A DNA stretch of 58,862 nucleotides, counting the filler, from Sphacelaria rigidula (taxonomy: Eukaryota), in assembly GCA_964200075.2 (NCBI GenBank). It is 6 parts of 6 records of this genome, joined end to end, with 100 filler letters (N's around TTAATTAATTAA, not from the genome) between each part and the next. Parts side by side here need not be neighbours in the genome. Positions count along the whole stretch, not along the records: positions 39,311 to 49,036 come from CAXNAA020007887.1; positions 49,137 to 58,862 come from CAXNAA020007888.1; 4 more parts are not named here. One strand, written 5' to 3'. How positions within the stretch are numbered: position 1 is the first letter of the stretch; the number at the start of each line of letters is the position of its first letter. Under the pieces are notes generated by a model. The model was not told the origin of the DNA. It searched no databases and saw only the letters and a list, made by a program, of their open reading frames with translations. Both the position numbers and the translations under genes were made by a program. Below are positions 46,301 through 58,862 of the stretch, one piece after another.

Positions 46301-48679
46301 AGATATATTGGTTACTTGCCTACAGGTCAGGCGTTCTGCTTCCATAACTCTTAGCAAACCGTGCAGCATTGCCGGTACCCGATTACGATAATCTTTGGCA
46401 GGAAGGGGCTGTGACGTGTGTACAACAAGCGCATCCCGCACAGAAGCTGTGATTATTGCGGGCCTCGTACAGTAGCGAAGTAGACAATTTACAGCGGGAA
46501 AAAAGACGATGGCGTTTTTCGAATGTCTGGACTTCTAGGAACGTCTTGTAGCCTTACCTTTCGTTTCGATGTGGAGTGCAGCACAGGTGGAATGTGCTAG
46601 TCACGAGGGGAAAGCTTGTGCACGAGTGGAATTGTGTTTGGCGTGCTTTTTCAGCGGTGTATGCTCTAAACTAGCGAAGGCTTACATCGGGTCCGTCTTA
46701 CTTGACGGAGAGTTATATAGTGGAGTTGTTGCCTCCCGATCATCAGCAAACTCGACTGTTGGCGTCGAATGTTCAAGGAAAACCATTACTTGAAGGTCAA
46801 CATGAATTGCCACCCCAACTGGACTGGCTAAGTTGTTTCCCGCGATCCTTTTGCGCCAGACAAATTTGAGTTATCTATGGGATGCTGTTGTCTTGTTTGA
46901 AGTGGGAGAGCAGCGCCGCTGGATGGGCACGATCTTGAATCAATCCAACACTGACGGTGCGGCTTGTACACCTGTCACTCGGATAACGGCTGTTTGCGAA
47001 GAAGCACAGGCAGCGTGGTTTGCGGTGCGCTCGCGCCATGAGAACGGGGCGGCGTTGCAAACCTCACAAAAAAACATGAGACGGCATGCCCTGAGAGTGG
47101 TGGCCCAGTACCCATGGCATCACCATGAATATCTAATAGGTTCCCAAGTCGGTACTTCTCACTGCTCAAACAGACACTTTCAAACTCTATGGCTCCCAAC
47201 TACTGATTCGATTTAAAGAGTGTTGCAGGGTTGTCTCGAGTGTTTGGAGAAAGACTTTACGGTACGGTACAGTACTTGATTTTGGTGGTATCACTGCGGC
47301 ACAGAGTGTGCGATACGGCACGGGGTTGATCGTATTCACTCGGTTCAGTTCGAAGCACAGCATATGGTTCTCCGAAACTCCAGTGGCTCATATTACAAGG
47401 CCAAAACGATGAATGCCCCTGCAGCCACAACTGCACTCCTTAGCATACCGTACCTGCAAGGGTACTGTATGCATTCATGCACACCTTGTAGGTCAGACGA
47501 TTGGTTGAACAATCTCAATTTCAGTAGTCATCGCGGAGGTACAGGATGGGACTCAGAAATCGACGCCCTCCACAGAGCAAGAACGGTTGACGGCTTCATT
47601 GTGGTGCCACCTTTTCAGCAAGCACCGTCCGAATACTTGGGGTGGAGTTGAAATAACGAAACAACCCATAATCAAACTAGACGGCTCACCGCACACAAGA
47701 GTTCAATTCACTAGCACAATTCTTTCGCCGCACCGATCGTTGGACAGGAAATAGCGGAAGTGACCACACCGACCCCTTCGAACACGAAAACCGACGTAGG
47801 ACGAAGTAGTTCGAACTGCACAATACGAGAGAGATACGAAAGCACTAGAGCAGTACTTTGCGTTGATATACAAGTCATAGTACAGGTATTTGATGCTTTG
47901 CAGTTTCTCGAACCCGCTGCCCTGAGCGTTGAACCATGAAGTATGTAGATGTAACGAGTGAGAGATACGGCGGCAGAAACCACTTCTCTGGAAAAGATTT
48001 GCTTTCGCGCGTAAGCTTTCGTCATGGAAGAGTGAGTAACGGAAAGGTTACGTAGCAGTGACCTTCGCCCCAAACTCGGTCTGCAGTGAAACTTTGTTGC
48101 GAAATTTGGCACCTTTTCGCCTTCAGGCTTGCTGCGGGTCAGAGAAGTCCCACTGCGGGTTTCGAGCTCCATACACCGCGTGCGCTGCATTGCTGTTGAG
48201 ACGTTATCGAGGAACAGGATTCAGTAATTTGTTTGTGCATCCTAGCACACGCTTCCCACGTGCAGTAGCTCACGACTTCATCGCCCGGCATGCGTGCTAG
48301 GGGCGTTGTGCCGCCTATGCAGCAGAGTGTTACTTCGTGTAGGAGAAACTGGCTGAATGGGTGTTGACTACGCACAGCCGACATGCCATGTTGTTTAGTT
48401 CTGTAGGCCGTGTGGGATGACGAATTAAAGCACGTGACAGATGTGAAGCTCTACTCACAGGCATCGCGCCGACGCCAGTGCCACGGGTGCATTCGTAGGA
48501 GGAGTCAGGAAGAGAGCTACAACCTCAATTCTATCGTTACGAGATGAGTCTTGAGTGTGTTGGAGCCCTTTCTGTTACGAGAAACCATGTCAGGTGTTTT
48601 GGCGCCCATGACGCTTTTGGTACCGACCCCCCACTATCACGGGGTTGACCATGTATTAATAAAATAACAAAAGATTGGT

Positions 48680-48950
48680 CAGGGGGCGACCTGCCCAATT
48701 TCGGCGACCCAATATTTATCCACCAGACCCGAACGACCAGCGCGGGGATTGTTACCGAGTTCGATGTCACTGCCAAGATCGTGTGGGGGCCCTGTCCCTG
48801 GCCCAGATATAATGCATGCGCAGGTATGCAAAGCCCGGATGCTCGGGGAATGATTTCTTATTTTACTTGTACTCAGCATAGTGCTCCCGTAATCTCCTGC
48901 ATGTTTTCTTGGGTCTCCATCCTACACTCAAACGTAGTATCACACTATAC
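48680..48950 (+). pseudogene. Second, inverted copy of the VWGP.PWPR exon and its downstream intron
   Basis: DNA match to 41900-42175 on the reverse strand. Frame reads GDLPNFGDPIFIHQTRTTSAGIVTEFDVTAKIVWGPCPWPRY, followed by CAG|GTATGC. Confidence 0.5.
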
Positions 48951-49036
48951 GTATACATGATTGGAAGCGGGGGGGGGGGGGGGGTAATAAAGATTATGAA
49001 TTTCATAATCAAAGGAACATGGAGCTCGGAATCCTA

Positions 49037-49136
49037 NNNNNNNNNNNNNNNNNNNNNNNNNNNNNNNNNNNNNNNNNNNNTTAATTAATTAANNNNNNNN
49101 NNNNNNNNNNNNNNNNNNNNNNNNNNNNNNNNNNNN
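49037..49136. other. Artificial contig linker
   Basis: N44-TTAATTAATTAA-N44. Confidence 0.99.
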
Positions 49137-49205
<69 letters not shown>

Positions 49206-49260
49206 GAGAATCACTTGAGAATCACTTGAGAATCACTTGAGAATCACTTGAGAATGACCT
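49137..49260. repeat. (AAT)n microsatellite followed by (GAGAATCACTT)x4-5
   Basis: AAT run at 49137-49204 and 11-bp tandem at 49206-49260. Confidence 0.95.
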
Positions 49261-50114
49261 CCATACTCTACTCAGATTTTTGAGTAGGTCGAGAGTATAT
49301 CGAGTACGATCTCAAATACTCTACTCAAATATTGAGTGAGCACTGTCAGTAATACTCGAGTATACGAGCTGAGCCAGCCGAGGAGCGATTCTGCAGTTTG
49401 CAGGCCCATTATACGGCCAGTACCTTCCCCTTGATTGGACGATTAGTACGATATGCGGATCACGGCCCAACTCGTCTGTGCGATGAGATATTGCTTCTAG
49501 AGCTCAACTCCGTTTTTAGGCTGGCCCAGCTCGTAGAGTATTACTTAGATATGATCTCAAAACTCAAATTTCGGGTAGGTTGCGTACGACCTCGAAAACT
49601 CTACTTTAATTTTGAGTATGTTGTATACGAGCTCAAATACTTTACTCAAAATTTGAGTGCTAAAAGTAGAATTCTGCAAAAATACTCCCTGTGTCGGACT
49701 TCAAGTCCGATTTGGATTTTCCAGAAATGAGTCCGGTTTCGCACTGGGAGGCGTTAGAAAACGTATTTTGGCGCCATTTTTTCATGGTGCTCGGAAAGGT
49801 GATGCAGTTGAAATGGTCAAAACAGGGGACGATCAATTTCTTTCCCCTTTCATGGCTTTTTTTCCCCCGAGACGGATCTTCCGAATATCTTGTGAATAAA
49901 TATAACTAGAGTATTATTTTTTCTCCCGTACGGCGCGGGGAAAAGTTTATTTTCCGATTCATTCCCTTGTGTGGCACGTGACAATGTGTGGCCACCTGTG
50001 GAAGGATACTCTGAGGGGGAAAAAAACATTTTCCTTTTTCGACCGGAGGAAAAACTATAGGGTGCCAAAAATTGGTACCTTTCAAGCGAGACAACTATGT
50101 GTGCGAAAAATAAA

Positions 50115-50200
50115 TGTGTTCGAGGTGGGAATCGAACTGGCGACTTCAGAGAAAGATCGCTACATGGATTTGTGTTGCGTCTTGTCCAAATCGGACGTGT
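50115..50200 (-). mobile_element. tRNA-like (SINE-head-type) remnant
   Basis: Minus strand reads GTCCGATTTGGACAAGACGC...CAGTTCGATTCCCAC. A/B-box-like, but the cloverleaf is not intact. Confidence 0.4.
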
Positions 50201-51590
50201 ATTCCGGAACAGGAGGAGTGCTCAACCTCAGGTATTTTCTACTCGACCTACCCTCGCGATTTTCCAAAATCATCACTGGGGAGGGAGGGGGTGGAGGGGC
50301 TGGGTGTCCGAAATTCTTTTCTCAACAAAACCTTTGTTCATCATGTTTCGAGGCGAGGTCTGGTGACCAAGATGTTGAGGTACCCTTACTCAACCAACAA
50401 TTCCACGCGAGTTTCCGATTTTGGGGGCCTTCATGTCCGCAGTATTTTTTCGACACCTTTCATAATCATACATCACATCATCGATTATCAGCGGAGATGA
50501 AACAACGCCGAACCTTACTGCGTCTGTCTCTCAATTTACACTCAGGTAGGGCGAGGCCACGGTAGAAAAACAGGAGGCGCCAAACGCAAGACGGGGCCAT
50601 CGTTATTCGCTCCATGAGGATTGCTTGCACTCGCTACATCTGCTTCTCGTGTATTTCTTGTCCAGCTGATGAGTTCATTTGACATATGGCGCATGTTGGC
50701 TGTGTGGCGGTACAGCGTGGCTTCGGCTCTCGTTGTGGGTTACACCCTTTATAGTCACAAGTTGGGCGTAATGAGCTGATATAGCTAATCTTGAGCATTT
50801 TCACCCCCGATGTTTCCAGCGCACGCAGAACCGAAGTTTGATCTCAGAGCACACCTGCCTCGGCATGGCAAACCATCAGATTCCGACATGCAGATCGTTA
50901 CGGCCATGACCCAATTCTTCCCGAGCGTTTCAAGGCTTTTTACATTGGCGGCTTTGCAATAGGTCACACTGCCCGCGGGATAACCGCGAAGAGTGTACAC
51001 AAGTGCGGTCGGATTCGGCCGAGTGAGAAGCCTCATAGATTTTCGAAGGTCGACTTACAAAAACGATGACGGCATGCCGCGTGTTGGCACACAAAATTGT
51101 GCGGAAGGTCCGTCGCGGCGGGGGGGGGCTATATCTAATGCTACGACAGATAGCATATTTCCCCGTTTTTGTTACGTATATAGAGGTGTGTGGTCGCCCC
51201 ACACAATACAGGCGAGACGTGGACAGCAAACACAAGAACCCACATACGCGGTTTATGGCAGCTTAGTTTTTTCATTCACCGACGGCAGAAAAGCTCTCGT
51301 GGCGCAAAAATGCGGGAGGAGGACCGGTGGCTTCAGTTCTTCGTCCGTGGCCATCACTTCTTGCGTCACAAAATCGAGGAGGACTGCAACAAGATGACCG
51401 ACAACAGATACACACGCCACTCAGTTGTACTGCAACACCAGCGGAGTTACAAACAAAAGGACGAAGAGCAAGTTCGGAGTTCGAACAGTTCCATCTTCCT
51501 CTGGTTTCCTGCACAGGGAAAGCAGCTCCCGCGCGAGTTCTCCCTGCGTTCCCCCCCCCTCCCCCTAGATCCAGCCGCGGCATTCTGAAA

Positions 51591-54500
51591 TTACGCGCTG
51601 GCCTGGATCTCCGCGATCTTCGCCGCGACGATCTTGCTCTTTTGTTTGCGAGCAATCATAACCTGAGTGGTAAGAATGGTACATCAGCGGGGAACGACAG
51701 AGGGTATCGAACAGTATTCATCACATGGCTGCTTGTGAGATCACCCTCAGTGTACAAAGTTTAGAGAGGGCGTGTCTGACTGACAAAAGCAGTAACGACG
51801 AGCAAGGCAAGCGTCCAAGAGCAGCACGTCGATTGGTCATCCCGTCGCGTAACCTCGCGTCGACGAATCAACATCCTCTTTTTCGACGCTTGTTTCACTC
51901 CTCGCTGTTTTCTTCAGCGCGTCAAGATGGCCCCTCGATACCGAAACCGATCTGCGATTCAGACGGCTGGGGCAAGGACAGCCGTCATGCATCGCCTTTA
52001 GAATGACTACACCGTACGAATAATGTGATCATCATGCTCAGGAAACCGCATACAACCAGGGTTCTTGATATGTGCTCAGATCATTCAAAACTACATGTTT
52101 TCAATGTTGCACGTCGAGAAAATCAATCATCGGCTCCACTTCCGCCACACGATGGATCACAGCCACACACCCGCACGCGACACGTTGACCACAGATGTCG
52201 CAATAGTGCAAAACACACCCCGATCAAGATCAAATATTTCAGCGATTCACACGCGAACACCAAAAAACGAACACAACGTCGTGAAACAGGAGACGCTGGA
52301 TGCATGCGTTCGTATCATTACATTGTGCAGCGAAACAGCAAAACCGCTTCTACTTCTCCGTCGGCCCCGCCTCGAAAAAAAAAAGCATGTATATCACCAG
52401 TCGTGCCACACACCTTGAAGCGGTCAAAGTCAGTCATCGACGCGCGCTTGGCCTTCTTCGCCCTCTTCTTTGCCCACGATGATGCTTCCCACTTTGCGAT
52501 CAAGTCCGCCTCCTGTCAACAGCAGATTTAACCCCAGGCCAGCAGGGACGATCAAAACATGAGAAAAGGAAGATTCAAGGCACGGGAGAACGCGTACGCA
52601 GGTCAAAACGTTGCGCGCCCGTGACGTCAGTGTATATCGAGGCTCCAGTGGCCGGAAACATGAAGTCAACGGACCTCGCTGGCGCCAAACGAGCGAAATA
52701 AAATGTACGATCGACCCTTTTACGACCAGGGTATACCATCTGTTGAATCTGCATCATTCTGATACGACTGCAACTCTGAGAAAATGACTCTTTCTGGGGG
52801 GCCGATAGTGTATGTTTGCGATAGGCCTCCTGATTGGATCACCTTGTCGCACAAAACATACTACGGCGAGTATGTGAACAAGACGTCCCATAGAGGTGGG
52901 TGGGTAAAGGAATTACTCAGCATGTCGCCAGATGAGTCAGAAATAGCACGTGATTGCCGACTACGGCGATGTTGCTTCATTGCCGTTGGAGTAAAAATAT
53001 ATTTAAAAATTACGTAACAAATGTCTACATTGGCATTCAAACAGAGGCTTGGTGAAAACGGCAACTTCGTACTGGAAAAAAAGTGAGAAGCGCCACTTTG
53101 CTTTACTGGCCACTGTCATGGCACGCAGCATTGGGCACACGCGACAAGCTTGTCCCTCATGAACTTCAGGTGGATTCCCCACCCTGTTCGGAAGTTAGAT
53201 CGAGGGTTCGATTCCTGTACTCAAAAGCTCTTCTTCAAAGTTCGCGGAGGGGGCGAATGTACTGAAGACGTGAAAGTACTCCATGCAAGATGACATAATC
53301 ATCAAAACGAACCTTGACGAGCGAATTAGCGTGTTCCCGATTGGCGATGTTAACCTCCTAGACCGCGAGTGCAGTCCATTTGGATCATATATACTGTTCT
53401 CGAGTGAAAAAAGTATACCACTTCAACTGATGACCTACAAGTGCTCTCGCCGTCTCGAGGTCGAGAGAGAGGTATCGAGGAACTTCGCCCGTGCTGACAA
53501 CTCCGGGTTATCGATTGTAAAGCAGACGAACGTAACGGGGTGGAAGAAGTCAAATGAAAAGTCGAAATAACGGTGGGGAGACGACATCGACGACGCCACG
53601 AGTCAAAACGTGGAACCCAAGAATATGAATAGCGATTGACAGTCAAACCACTACATCGGAATTACACAAAATACCTGGTCATCTTCAACGTTACATACAT
53701 CGGAGACATCAGTTCCTCATAACTCGAACTAATTGCTTTTTAACGTAGCTCAACAATGAGCTAGAAGAGCTGCATGAGCTACCCATGTTTGCCCTGGGTA
53801 AGCTGTAAAATTCACATGAGATACGCATGCCTGAGTGGGCCAACAACCGGTGCCCCATTCGCGCATGATTGCCCTGGATGAGCTACCGGACATGACTCAT
53901 CAGCTCACGTTTGCCGCTTGGTGAGCCATCAGACGTGGTTCATCAGCGCATTTGTACGTCGACTGAGCTACGGGAGCTATATAAGCTACGAATACTCACT
54001 CTGGGTGAGCTACCGGACATGACTCACCAACGCACGTTTGCCGCTGGGTGAGCTATCAGACGTGGTTCACCAGCGTGTATACCTTGACTGAGCTATGGGA
54101 GCTGCATGACCCACGACTATTTACTCTGGGTGGGCTATCAGACGTGACTCATTCGCTCATGTTCGCCCTGGGTGAGCTACATACGGATGAGAGCTACGCT
54201 TGGCCCAATGCTGAGCGCCACGCCAGAACGGCTGTTTCTGTCCGGATGCCCACGCACGTTGATTCATGACCTTCAAATATCGGGTACTCATAGCGCGACC
54301 ACTGCTGCACGAGTCGGACAGACCAACTTCCTGTAGCTCGAGCGAGCTCTGCTCCCGTTGTAGGCTAAGAGAGCTACATAAGCTACGCATGCTTGCCCTG
54401 GACGAGCTATTAGAGCTACGTGAGCTCATGATTCATCAGGATGAACTATGAGAGGTACGTGAGCTACGCATTTTTGTCTCAGGTGAGCTAACAATCAGTA

Positions 54501-57026
54501 GCTCAGGCGGGCATTGTCACCCCAGGTGAGATATCGGTCGTAGCTCATCTGCATCTGTTTGACCACGAGTAAGCTACAGCCCGCAGATGAGCTCGCTCAC
54601 GAGTTGCACAACGTTTGCAACTCGTCGTTGTGAAAAAACTGATTGTTGGACGGATACTCGAGGGAACTTTTCCTCTCCACGCGGTGGTACCCACGTTACT
54701 GATACTATTATTTCGCCCATGTATAAATCACACGATAACTTTCTCACATACCTTACAGGCCTTGGCGATGGTACCGTGGCGCGCGTTCCTTTGGATCTTG
54801 ACTGTGAAGTCGGTCAATGCCAGCCGCTTGAACGGCATCATCTGCCGCGGTACGCCAGTCTCCGGGCCGTCAACAAGCGCCTGCAGACAAGAGCGAGAAA
54901 TGGTACCAAAACCACGGGAAAAGACGCTTCGTCACCCTACGCAGGCTGAAGGTCGGGGAGAACATCACGGGCATCAGTCGGGCTGTCCACCAGCGCCTTC
55001 AGGCAATGAAGAAATGACGCAAAAGCCGCAGCGACAAATGCTTCGTGTTTCTTCAAAAAGTGGGGTTCGGTAAAAAGGTGTCAAAAAGCGTAGCCGTGGT
55101 AGTCAGCAGAGGTTGCATGCCACGAGCAAATTCCAAGGAGTGCACTAGTGGTTGAACAAACGAAGGAACCTGCGCCCCCCTCAACCAGCTTGACAACGAC
55201 ATATTAACTCGTGTTCAAGACCCCTTGTTCTTTCGGGGGCACTTTTGGGTGTGGGTCTACGTTGCGTGAAGATATTCAGGAAGGTCAAGTATGCGCGAAA
55301 TCTCGGAGAGAGTCCATACGTGGTCGGATCGGCTGCTGTAGGGGCTCCAGGGTCATCATATCGCTGCCATCTTGAAGGGGGCACAACGGGTCGATGTGTG
55401 CTTCATCGTGGCAGAGTGTTGTACGTACGACAGGGCATTATTTTCTGCATGAAAAATGTAGTCATGTCTCGTGCACCCAAGACAGATTAAACACACGGCG
55501 GTCCATGTACGAATATTTCTTACATGCCCCCACGCATGTTCGTATTTTTTCTTGCAACCAGGAGGGTTCAACACAAAGAGGGATATACGGAGGTCAGTAT
55601 ACGAGAAAAACATGTCCATGCCCCCCGTATGGATGAATCATTTCCTACAAACAAGAGCATCCAACACAGCACGGGTGAGCGTAGGGTACGTTTTAGTGTG
55701 CGTACCGTATCTGCCAACGAACCCCATCCTGTCTTTCATAATATTCGTCGCATTAGTCTTGATGGCTCCATCGTACCCACCCCCCATTTCAATATTCCGT
55801 CACACCACAAATCTACGTTCACCACGTCACTCAGCCGTTTATTTGCCTCGTCAAATCTGTTATTATTATTCCGTGTACCCCAACGTGGACTATCGTTTCC
55901 TTCGCCCTTCCTCGTCCTGCCTACTGCTTTGGTGGCAGCATACTGCAACGGCACCCATGTCCTCATCACCTACGAGAAAGAATTCGATAAATAAGGGGCG
56001 TCGTGTTTAAATAATTACAGGAACACAAGCAATGACCAGGAATCGTCATCTCGGAAGATTATACTATGTTGACCAACGGCAACTTCCCGGCAACGTCAAA
56101 CCCGCCGTGATTCTCAACAAAACACGGGGTGGCGACACGCTCAGGGGTTGGTAGCACCTTCTGCCAAGAAACAACGTAAACAAACAGGAGAAGAGAAATA
56201 CTGCAAGTGAAAGACCTGGCATGCGATTAATCTTTGACTCGTGTTGACACCAATCGCAATACTGCGGGAATGGCAGCATCGTACACCCTGGGTAACGACG
56301 ACGAATCATTACATTGTCCAGAAGTGAACTGCGTACGGTATCGAATATATTGTCTTTCGCAATAGACGCAATGGTCAAGGCTGCACGCAGCACACCTTGA
56401 AAATATAATCTATTGCCACTATACAGGGTATGCAGCATTGTGAAAATACGGACACGTTGACAAACCCAATCCTAGCAAACAGACGACACTCCCCGATTCC
56501 AAACCCAGCGGTGTATCACAAGACGCATTCACTTGAAAACCAAACACTCGCAGCTCGAATAAACTTGAGAAGGAAAGATGCTTACGCTTGCCTGGATAAG
56601 CAGTCGATCGAGAAACACAACATTCAACCATGTATCAACTTTGCCTGGGCAGCGTGAGGAAAAGTTCAAGACACCCCTTCACGTCTTAGTCTGTTATGTC
56701 GTTGTGTTCGATTTTTTTTCTTTCCTCCAGCGAGTATTTCAGTCTTGCTTTTTTTGGGTACGTTCATCATGCGACCACGGCTGGACCCCCGGGCGGTCAG
56801 TCAACGTGTGACGATCACCCTATAATAGATTTCAGGCGAGTGTGTCGTAACTGCGCTGACGTTTACTTTGCGACTCCCTTCATTATCGAAACTGAAGACG
56901 GTACTAATCACGTACAATATATACCTTGTTGCTGTCGACGACGTCGATGATGACGCAGAGCTTGCCCTCGTGTGGGCCGTAGTTCACCAGCGCCACGCGC
57001 CCGATCTCGACGAAGCGTGTGAAAGG
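51591..57026 (-). CDS. RPL14: 60S ribosomal protein L14 (eL14); ATG-containing exon not located
   Basis: Exons 57026-56925, 54880-54752, 52512-52414 and 51662-51591 (TAA), all phase-0 GT-AG. Protein: [133 protein letters not shown]. Confidence 0.97.
53745..54625. repeat. Intronic degenerate ~42-bp tandem array (TTGCCCTGGGTGAGCTA core), probably a TE subterminal array
   Basis: The core recurs at ~42-bp spacing with a ~126-bp higher-order period (53872/53998/54123). Its 3' end matches 10055-10165. Confidence 0.8.
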
Positions 57027-58862
57027 CTACAAACGGTGCACCCGACCACGTCCCGCCGTTGACCGCGACGGTGACATGCGGAAGACAGAATACAACAACG
57101 ATGCATCATAACATGCGGTAGCGAGCATCAAACAAATGAGCAAAAATAATTAAAGGGGGAGGGCAGAGGAAACAAGTCAAAAAGTGGCACTTGGTGGCAC
57201 AACGAGGACACTCATGCCCTTCTCCCGGTCAAACCACCCTGCCCGCTCCCCCCCTACTCCCTCCCAAAAACGATTGGAGGGCAAAGCACCCGTTCCTCAC
57301 AGTCGTTCCCAAGCGCATGTGTAACCTGTTGGGGGTCTCGGCAGACGTGCATGGATTGGTGTTGAGACCATTCAGTCCAAACCTTGTTCTTTTCTGCTCT
57401 CGACAGGCATAGCTGCCATGTGGTGAAAATAACAAGTTACATAAAAATCGTTCCACTCCTGTCCACTGACGTATTGCGGATGTAGGGTAAGAGCTTATGC
57501 GACAACCGTTGACGACCCTGCTTGGTTGTTGGAGTATTTTAACCACCACCCAGCCGTTCGGAGGGGTCGCGGATTCCACCCCCCTTTGGTGCACTGATAT
57601 ATTTCTTGTCACACTTCCACTCTCATGCTGGTACAAAATGTGTGTATATGTACAGAGACACGCGTTCATCTCGAAGTGTAGGACCTTCGTGGGCACAAGA
57701 AAGACGAGTCGGGTCGCCGAGAAACAGCCACTGAACACGAGTGCTCTAATCTAATGTCATCGGGCCGCATGGGGTACGCATCATGGGCGGAGGAGAGTAA
57801 AATGAACACGCTCGGGCAGTCGTTCGAGTTTCCCAACATGTTGTTACCTCGTTCGGGATTTGCGATTGAACCTTCTCTCATGTCCTTCAATTCATGTTCA
57901 TGTTTTGGACGAAGGATGTGTTGTGTCTATTTCGCTATTTCCTATATTTCGGTGTTTTGAAAAATCATACTGTAAGCACCAAAAAGTGGGATGGAGTATT
58001 CAGATCGTACTCATTAACACCCGGATACTGGGTACTGTAACGCCATCACACCCAACTTGACCCAATATTCGGGTAGAGCATGGAAATCGGACTATCGCAA
58101 CACAAAATTCGGGACAGGATACGACCGGGTATTTACCCGACCCAACATACGATTCATCTTGTCTCCCAGTACACGGACGCCAGTAGGCACCAACAGCACC
58201 AACCCTCTGCCGAGAAATTCATGTGCTCTGTATCTGGAGGCAAATAAGGTATTTGGCGAAACGTTTACAAGTGTCGAGTCTGAACGACTGAGATGCACGG
58301 TCATTCACCGCCCGAAGCACAGGGAAAAAAATATGTATGACGATGTACTTGAGAGTCAAATCTCCACATCCAACCAGAATGAGGCACAATTCAAAGGTTG
58401 TGGAGGCTGCGGTTTCGTCGCCTGAGCACCCGAATTTCCGCCCAGCAACGTAGATGTCAGAAACGAAGCGCTACTCCCATCAAGGGATATGGGCTGGTTC
58501 AGAGTCAAGGCCCAAAAATTATCCCCCGCTACATACAAAACGCAAAACTGGCCCGAGGAAAATATATTCGGCGTCATCGTGACGAACCCCACAAGCACGA
58601 AAATAGTGTGAAATATTCACGTTCAGATTTTCCCTCGCATCCTTTGCCGTGGTACTGGTCGTGAAAAATGTTCCTCGGACAATCAGGGGGTCTCCAAATT
58701 GTTCTGAAGCGGAAAATGCGCATTACCGACACAAATTGTATCCAATCCTATCACGAATCAAACCTCAGTGACCGCTATCATCAGCTAGGGAATCTCACGC
58801 AAAATATATCAAGGGTCAGACAAACAATGAGTCGTCTGTAAATTACTTGGTTCTAGTATGAT

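Noticed and set aside
52625..52758. Box C/D snoRNA in an RPL14 intron (minus strand ATGATGC...CTGA)
   Set aside because: The C box is imperfect, there is no terminal stem, and I recognised no rRNA-complementary guide.
53745..54625. Repeat-spacer-like array in the RPL14 intron read as CRISPR
   Set aside because: The cores are degenerate, the linkers are related with a 3-unit higher-order period, and the context is a eukaryotic intron.

Overview
Eukaryotic nuclear DNA. The long introns, Ala/Gly-rich exons and stramenopile-like proteins suggest a brown alga (inference). The window is not one locus. It is six contigs of 9728, 9728, 9727, 9727, 9726 and 9726 bp joined by identical artificial 100-bp linkers (N44-TTAATTAATTAA-N44), so adjacency across linkers carries no information. 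Three spliced genes can be rebuilt exon by exon. (1) The 3' part of a PHD-finger protein (351-6641, +). (2) A D-3-phosphoglycerate dehydrogenase with a mitochondrial-type presequence and a GC-AG intron (12755-18354, +, cut by the contig end). (3) 60S ribosomal protein L14 (51591-57026, -, ATG exon not found). There is also one orphan first exon (32015-32274). The rest is repeat-rich: tRNA-derived SINEs, foldback/MITE elements, a LINE remnant, minisatellites and decayed coding relics. The best novelty leads are a candidate ~9-kb piggyBac-type TIR element filling contig 3 and an unrecognised protein segment found independently in contigs 3 and 5. I found no CRISPR array and no intact novel multi-gene system. 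All alignments were done by eye and repeat boundaries are approximate.
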